From contig NW_008246153.1 in the NCBI RefSeq assembly GCF_000281045.1, positions 64,064-97,968 of the forward strand: DNA of 33,905 nt, in the 5' to 3' direction. Source of the stretch: Saprolegnia diclina VS20 (taxonomy: Eukaryota). A program made the translations under genes and the position numbers. Shown piece after piece: positions 30,231 to 33,905 of this stretch (position 1 is its first letter; each line of letters opens with the position of its first letter). The notes beneath the pieces are model-generated. The model saw nothing but the letters and a program-made list of their open reading frames with translations, searched no databases and was not told where the DNA came from.

Positions 30231-33200
30231 TTAATCGAAAAGCTGCCACTTGAACTTCAATGCCCGCAGTTCGTCCAGATGGGACTCTGTCAAGTAAATT
30301 TGACTTTGCCGCAGCTGGTGCACGAGGCGTCCCAGCGGCACGTTGNNNNNNNNNNNNNNNNNNNNNNNNNNNNNNNNNNNNNNNNNNNNNNNNNNNNNNN
30401 NNNNNNNNNNNNNNNNNNNNNNNNNNNNNNNNNNNNNNNNNNNNNNNNNNNNNNNNNNNNNNNNNNNNNNNNNNNNNNNNNNNNNNNNNNNNNNNNNNNN
30501 NNNNNNNNNNNNNNNNNNNNNNNNNNNNNNNNNNNNNNNNNNNNNNNNNNNNNNNNNNNNNNNNNNNNNNNNNNNNNNNNNNNNNNNNNNNNNNNNNNNN
30601 NNNNNNNNNNNNNNNNNNNNNNNNNNNNNNNNNNNNNNNNNNNNNNNNNNNNNNNNNNNNNNNNNNNNNNNNNNNNNNNNNNNNNNNNNNNNNNNNNNNN
30701 NNNNNNNNNNNNNNNNNNNNNNNNNNNNNNNNNNNNNNNNNNNNNNNNNNNNNNNNNNNNNNNNNNNNNNNNNNNNNNNNNNNNNNNNNNNNNNNNNNNN
30801 NNNNNNNNNNNNNNNNNNNNNNNNNNNNNNNNNNNNNNNNNNNNNNNNNNNNNNNNNNNNNNNNNNNNNNNNNNNNNNNNNNNNNNNNNNNNNNNNNNNN
30901 NNNNNNNNNNNNNNNNNNNNNNNNNNNNNNNNNNNNNNNNNNNNNNNNNNNNNNNNNNNNNNNNNNNNNNNNNNNNNNNNNNNNNNNNNNNNNNNNNNNN
31001 NNNNNNNNNNNNNNNNNNNNNNNNNNNNNNNNNNNNNNNNNNNNNNNNNNNNNNNNNNNNNNNNNNNNNNNNNNNNNNNNNNNNNNNNNNNNNNNNNNGA
31101 GCGCCTGGAACTTGATCGCCCACCGAGCTTGGCGGTCGAATTGCCGATCGTCGAGGGCCGACTGCAGATGCGTAAACGCTTGTCCGACTTCGAGTTCGAG
31201 CAAAAATGCGCCCACCGACAATGGTTGCAGTGCAACTGGACACGCTGGCGATACAGAGCCGAGAAGCGTCGAATCGCTCGGGCGTGGCGTCGCGTGGAGC
31301 CACAGATCCAGCGCAACGAGGTGGTCGCAGCGCTCGTTCGTGTCGGTGTCAACATCGAGCGCGGGAGCTGCTTGTACTGCCGGCTGCTCGAGAGCGACGC
31401 TTGGCAGAGGGTCATCTGCTGGCAACGGTGACACGACTACTGGCAACGGCGCAGCGACGACTACTGGCAACGGCGCAGCGACGACTTCGTTGGCGGCTGG
31501 TTGGACGACCGTGGTGGTGGCTGCCGAGGCAAGGATGGCTAGCGCCGCCGAGTTCTCGTCGCTTGACAATGTTGTAGCTTCTGGCGGCGGAGCATCGGCT
31601 CCGATGGTATCACTGGTTGCCGCCGCAGAGATGGCGGGCGTCGCCGCGTTCACGCCCACCGATATTGACACAGCTTCTGGCATTGGAGCATCGGCTCCGA
31701 TGGCATCGATTGCGGTGGTGGTCGCGGCCGGCAGCAAGTAGAGCTCTCTTGCTGTGACGAGGAACTTGACGCAATGGCCGAGGCGCATGCCGTGCATGTC
31801 TTCCGGCCAACTGGCAGTTTGAGGTACAAGGAAGTCCTCTGGTACGTCCATCGAGCCATAGAGCGAGTGGTACGTGCGCAGTCCGTCCACGATGTGCGCC
31901 CACGTCGCAGGTGTGTTGAAGGCAAAGCCGATCGCCGCTAGCTGCTGCGACTTGTTCTTCTCAAGTTGCGTCATTCGCACCCCGAGCGACCACGCGAGCT
32001 CGCCCAGCGGTGCGTCATGCCACGACGCCGACCATTCGGTGGGCACCACAAAGTCCAGCGGTACGGTCGTCTTGTCATCGCAGGAGAGACGAAAGGCCAG
32101 CTGGACAAATACGTCAAAGGGCGGAACGTCAGTAAAGAGACCCAACGCTCGGACGGTTGCCTCGTCTTCTGGTGCGAGCTCGAACCAGTGATACCGCAGC
32201 GACGGAAGCACATACGAGAGCACAATGTCGCTGCTGCCAGTTGGCCAAGCGGCGTCGTTCCGAGGCACGGCAAAGTCCTTTGGCATCGCAAGCACGTCGC
32301 CGACCAGGCACTGATACGTATGAAGGGCTGCGACCTGCGCAGCAATCGGGACCATCCCGACAACAAGCGCACCGCGCGTCGTACGCTTGACGCAGCGGGA
32401 AGACGGAACCCAGGACGTCGGCCACGAGAAGCCCACGAGCTTGAGCTGCACCTCGAGTTTGTCGTCGAGCACTCGGGGATAATAGCGAAGGTTGTTTGCA
32501 AAGACGGCGACTGGGACACCTTGGAGCTGCGGCGGCCATGGCGATGCTATCGGAACCGGATACGTCGTACGGGCACGCGAGCCGACCCGTGCAAATGTCG
32601 ATAGAAACCGAGGGCGCGCATCTTGTCGTGGGCCGTCCAAGTGCGGTACTTCAGTGCTGGCGCGGTGGGTGGTAACTTATTCGTGATGGCGCTGCGGTTG
32701 GCGACTCGGACGCCGAGAGCGCGGATCTCGTCGCACACGGGCACCGAGAGTTGTTTGTGTTGCCAAAACCAGCGCAGACGCACACCCAGCTGAACGCCGT
32801 CACTGTCTGCTGGCCACGCAGAGCCACTCGCGGGCACGACAAAGTCGTTGGGTACGACGGTATAGACGTCACGGACGACACGCACAATGTCTCGAAGTTG
32901 CTGCAGAACCTCAAGGCGTGCGTTTGCATCGCGCGGGGGCGCCCACAACGATGAGGCGACGGGCGGAATCTGCGTGAGCGCTGCAAAGGTTGATGCTGTG
33001 GCCGGTGGCAGCAGACGCAGTCGCTTTGCCGTGTGCATGCGCTCGACGTAGTGTCCAAGGCGCAGTCCGGCGAGGTCGCTCAGCCACGTAGCTGGAGCCA
33101 CAAAGCTCGTTGGGACCGCCAGTGGACCGTACAGAGATCGAAAGTGCTCGAGTCCATGTACGATGTTGGCCCACGTCGCATCGACGTTGAAGACAAAGCC

Positions 33201-33905
33201 GACTCGTTGCAGGTCGTCGTGCTGCGTTGCCTCGAGCGCCCGAGCTCTCAAGCCGACCGACCACGCAAGATCGCCGAGGGCCAAGCCGCGCCAGACGTTG
33301 ATCCAGGGACCGCCCGATGGAGGCACGACAAAGTCGATGCGGACGGCGCTAGAGCCAAATTCGGTGCGATAGATGGCGAGCAGCTCAATGAATGTGCTAA
33401 AGTCGGGCAGATCGGCAAAGAAACCAGCTTCTCGGAGCCGGTCGGCGTCGGTCTTGGGCAGCTCGTAGACATGCGCGCGCAGCGACGTGAGTGCGAGATC
33501 GAGAGCGACGTGATGCATCCGAAGCGGCCACGGCGTCTGCGGTGGCACGATGAACCCGTCGGGCACATTGGCGTGGCCGTGCAGACGCCGAAAGACGAGT
33601 AGCGCCTCGATCTGCTCCGACCACGCGACGAGCTGTGACATGGGCGCGCACTTGCCTGGGCGATGCACGACGCAAAACGTCGCATTCCTGGACGACAGAC
33701 GCCAGAGGAATCCGAGCGCATCGAGGTCGCTAATTCGTTGCACTCGTTCGGACGTGTAAGCAATGCTTCGACAGCGCAGGTTGTTGACCAAATGGCCAAG
33801 CGACAGGTGATGCAAGTGCTGTGGGTACGACGTTGGCACGACGTACCGCTGTGGCACCTTCATATGACCGTGTGCTTCTCGATACAAGCACAGCGCCTCG
33901 AGCCG
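30231..33905 (-). CDS. Large tandem helicase-associated (HA)-like repeat protein; 5' end beyond the window, one gap, and a frame break or intron at 32527-32570
   Basis: At least 10 repeats of AL..[YF]...[HY]G...VP..[FY].VP....WP....G..LG..V...R...L..LGF.W. The last repeat NVPLGRLVHQLR...LRALKFKW ends at stop 30231. Confidence 0.8.
30346..31098. other. Assembly gap (N run)
   Basis: Run of N. Confidence 1.
31419..31486 (-). repeat. Short coding tandem repeat (VVAAPLPV, about 24-nt unit, 3 copies)
   Basis: CTGGCAACGG...CGACTA repeated three times. Confidence 0.8.

Overview
Gene-dense eukaryotic draft-genome window with high GC, short (42-58 nt) GT-AG introns, TCATTY-type initiator and CCAAT elements. 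These traits are most consistent with an oomycete, probably Saprolegniales (inference). There are three assembly gaps (1655-2427, 24353-24827, 30346-31098). In order it contains: a tandem pair of M20/acetylornithine-deacetylase-like genes; two related SIM-rich Zn-finger genes, the second with a PHD finger and a YPxPP array; a triple-RRM protein with a mitochondrial-type presequence, head-to-head with an unknown protein ending in an F-box-like motif; two tandem FYVE-lipase3-FYVE genes, one with a DysF domain, whose last exons are nearly identical; two small hypothetical genes; an ENTH/epsin gene; a bacterial-type ArsC; Aquarius with degenerate helicase motifs; a frameshifted histone H3-like fragment; a membrane-anchored GH31 alpha-glucosidase; a 457-bp fold-back/MITE-like element; and a large HA-like repeat protein whose frame break can be removed by a 44-nt intron that still reads as coding repeat. 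No CRISPR, tRNA or rRNA was seen. Gene models and alignments were made by eye, and no database searches were run.
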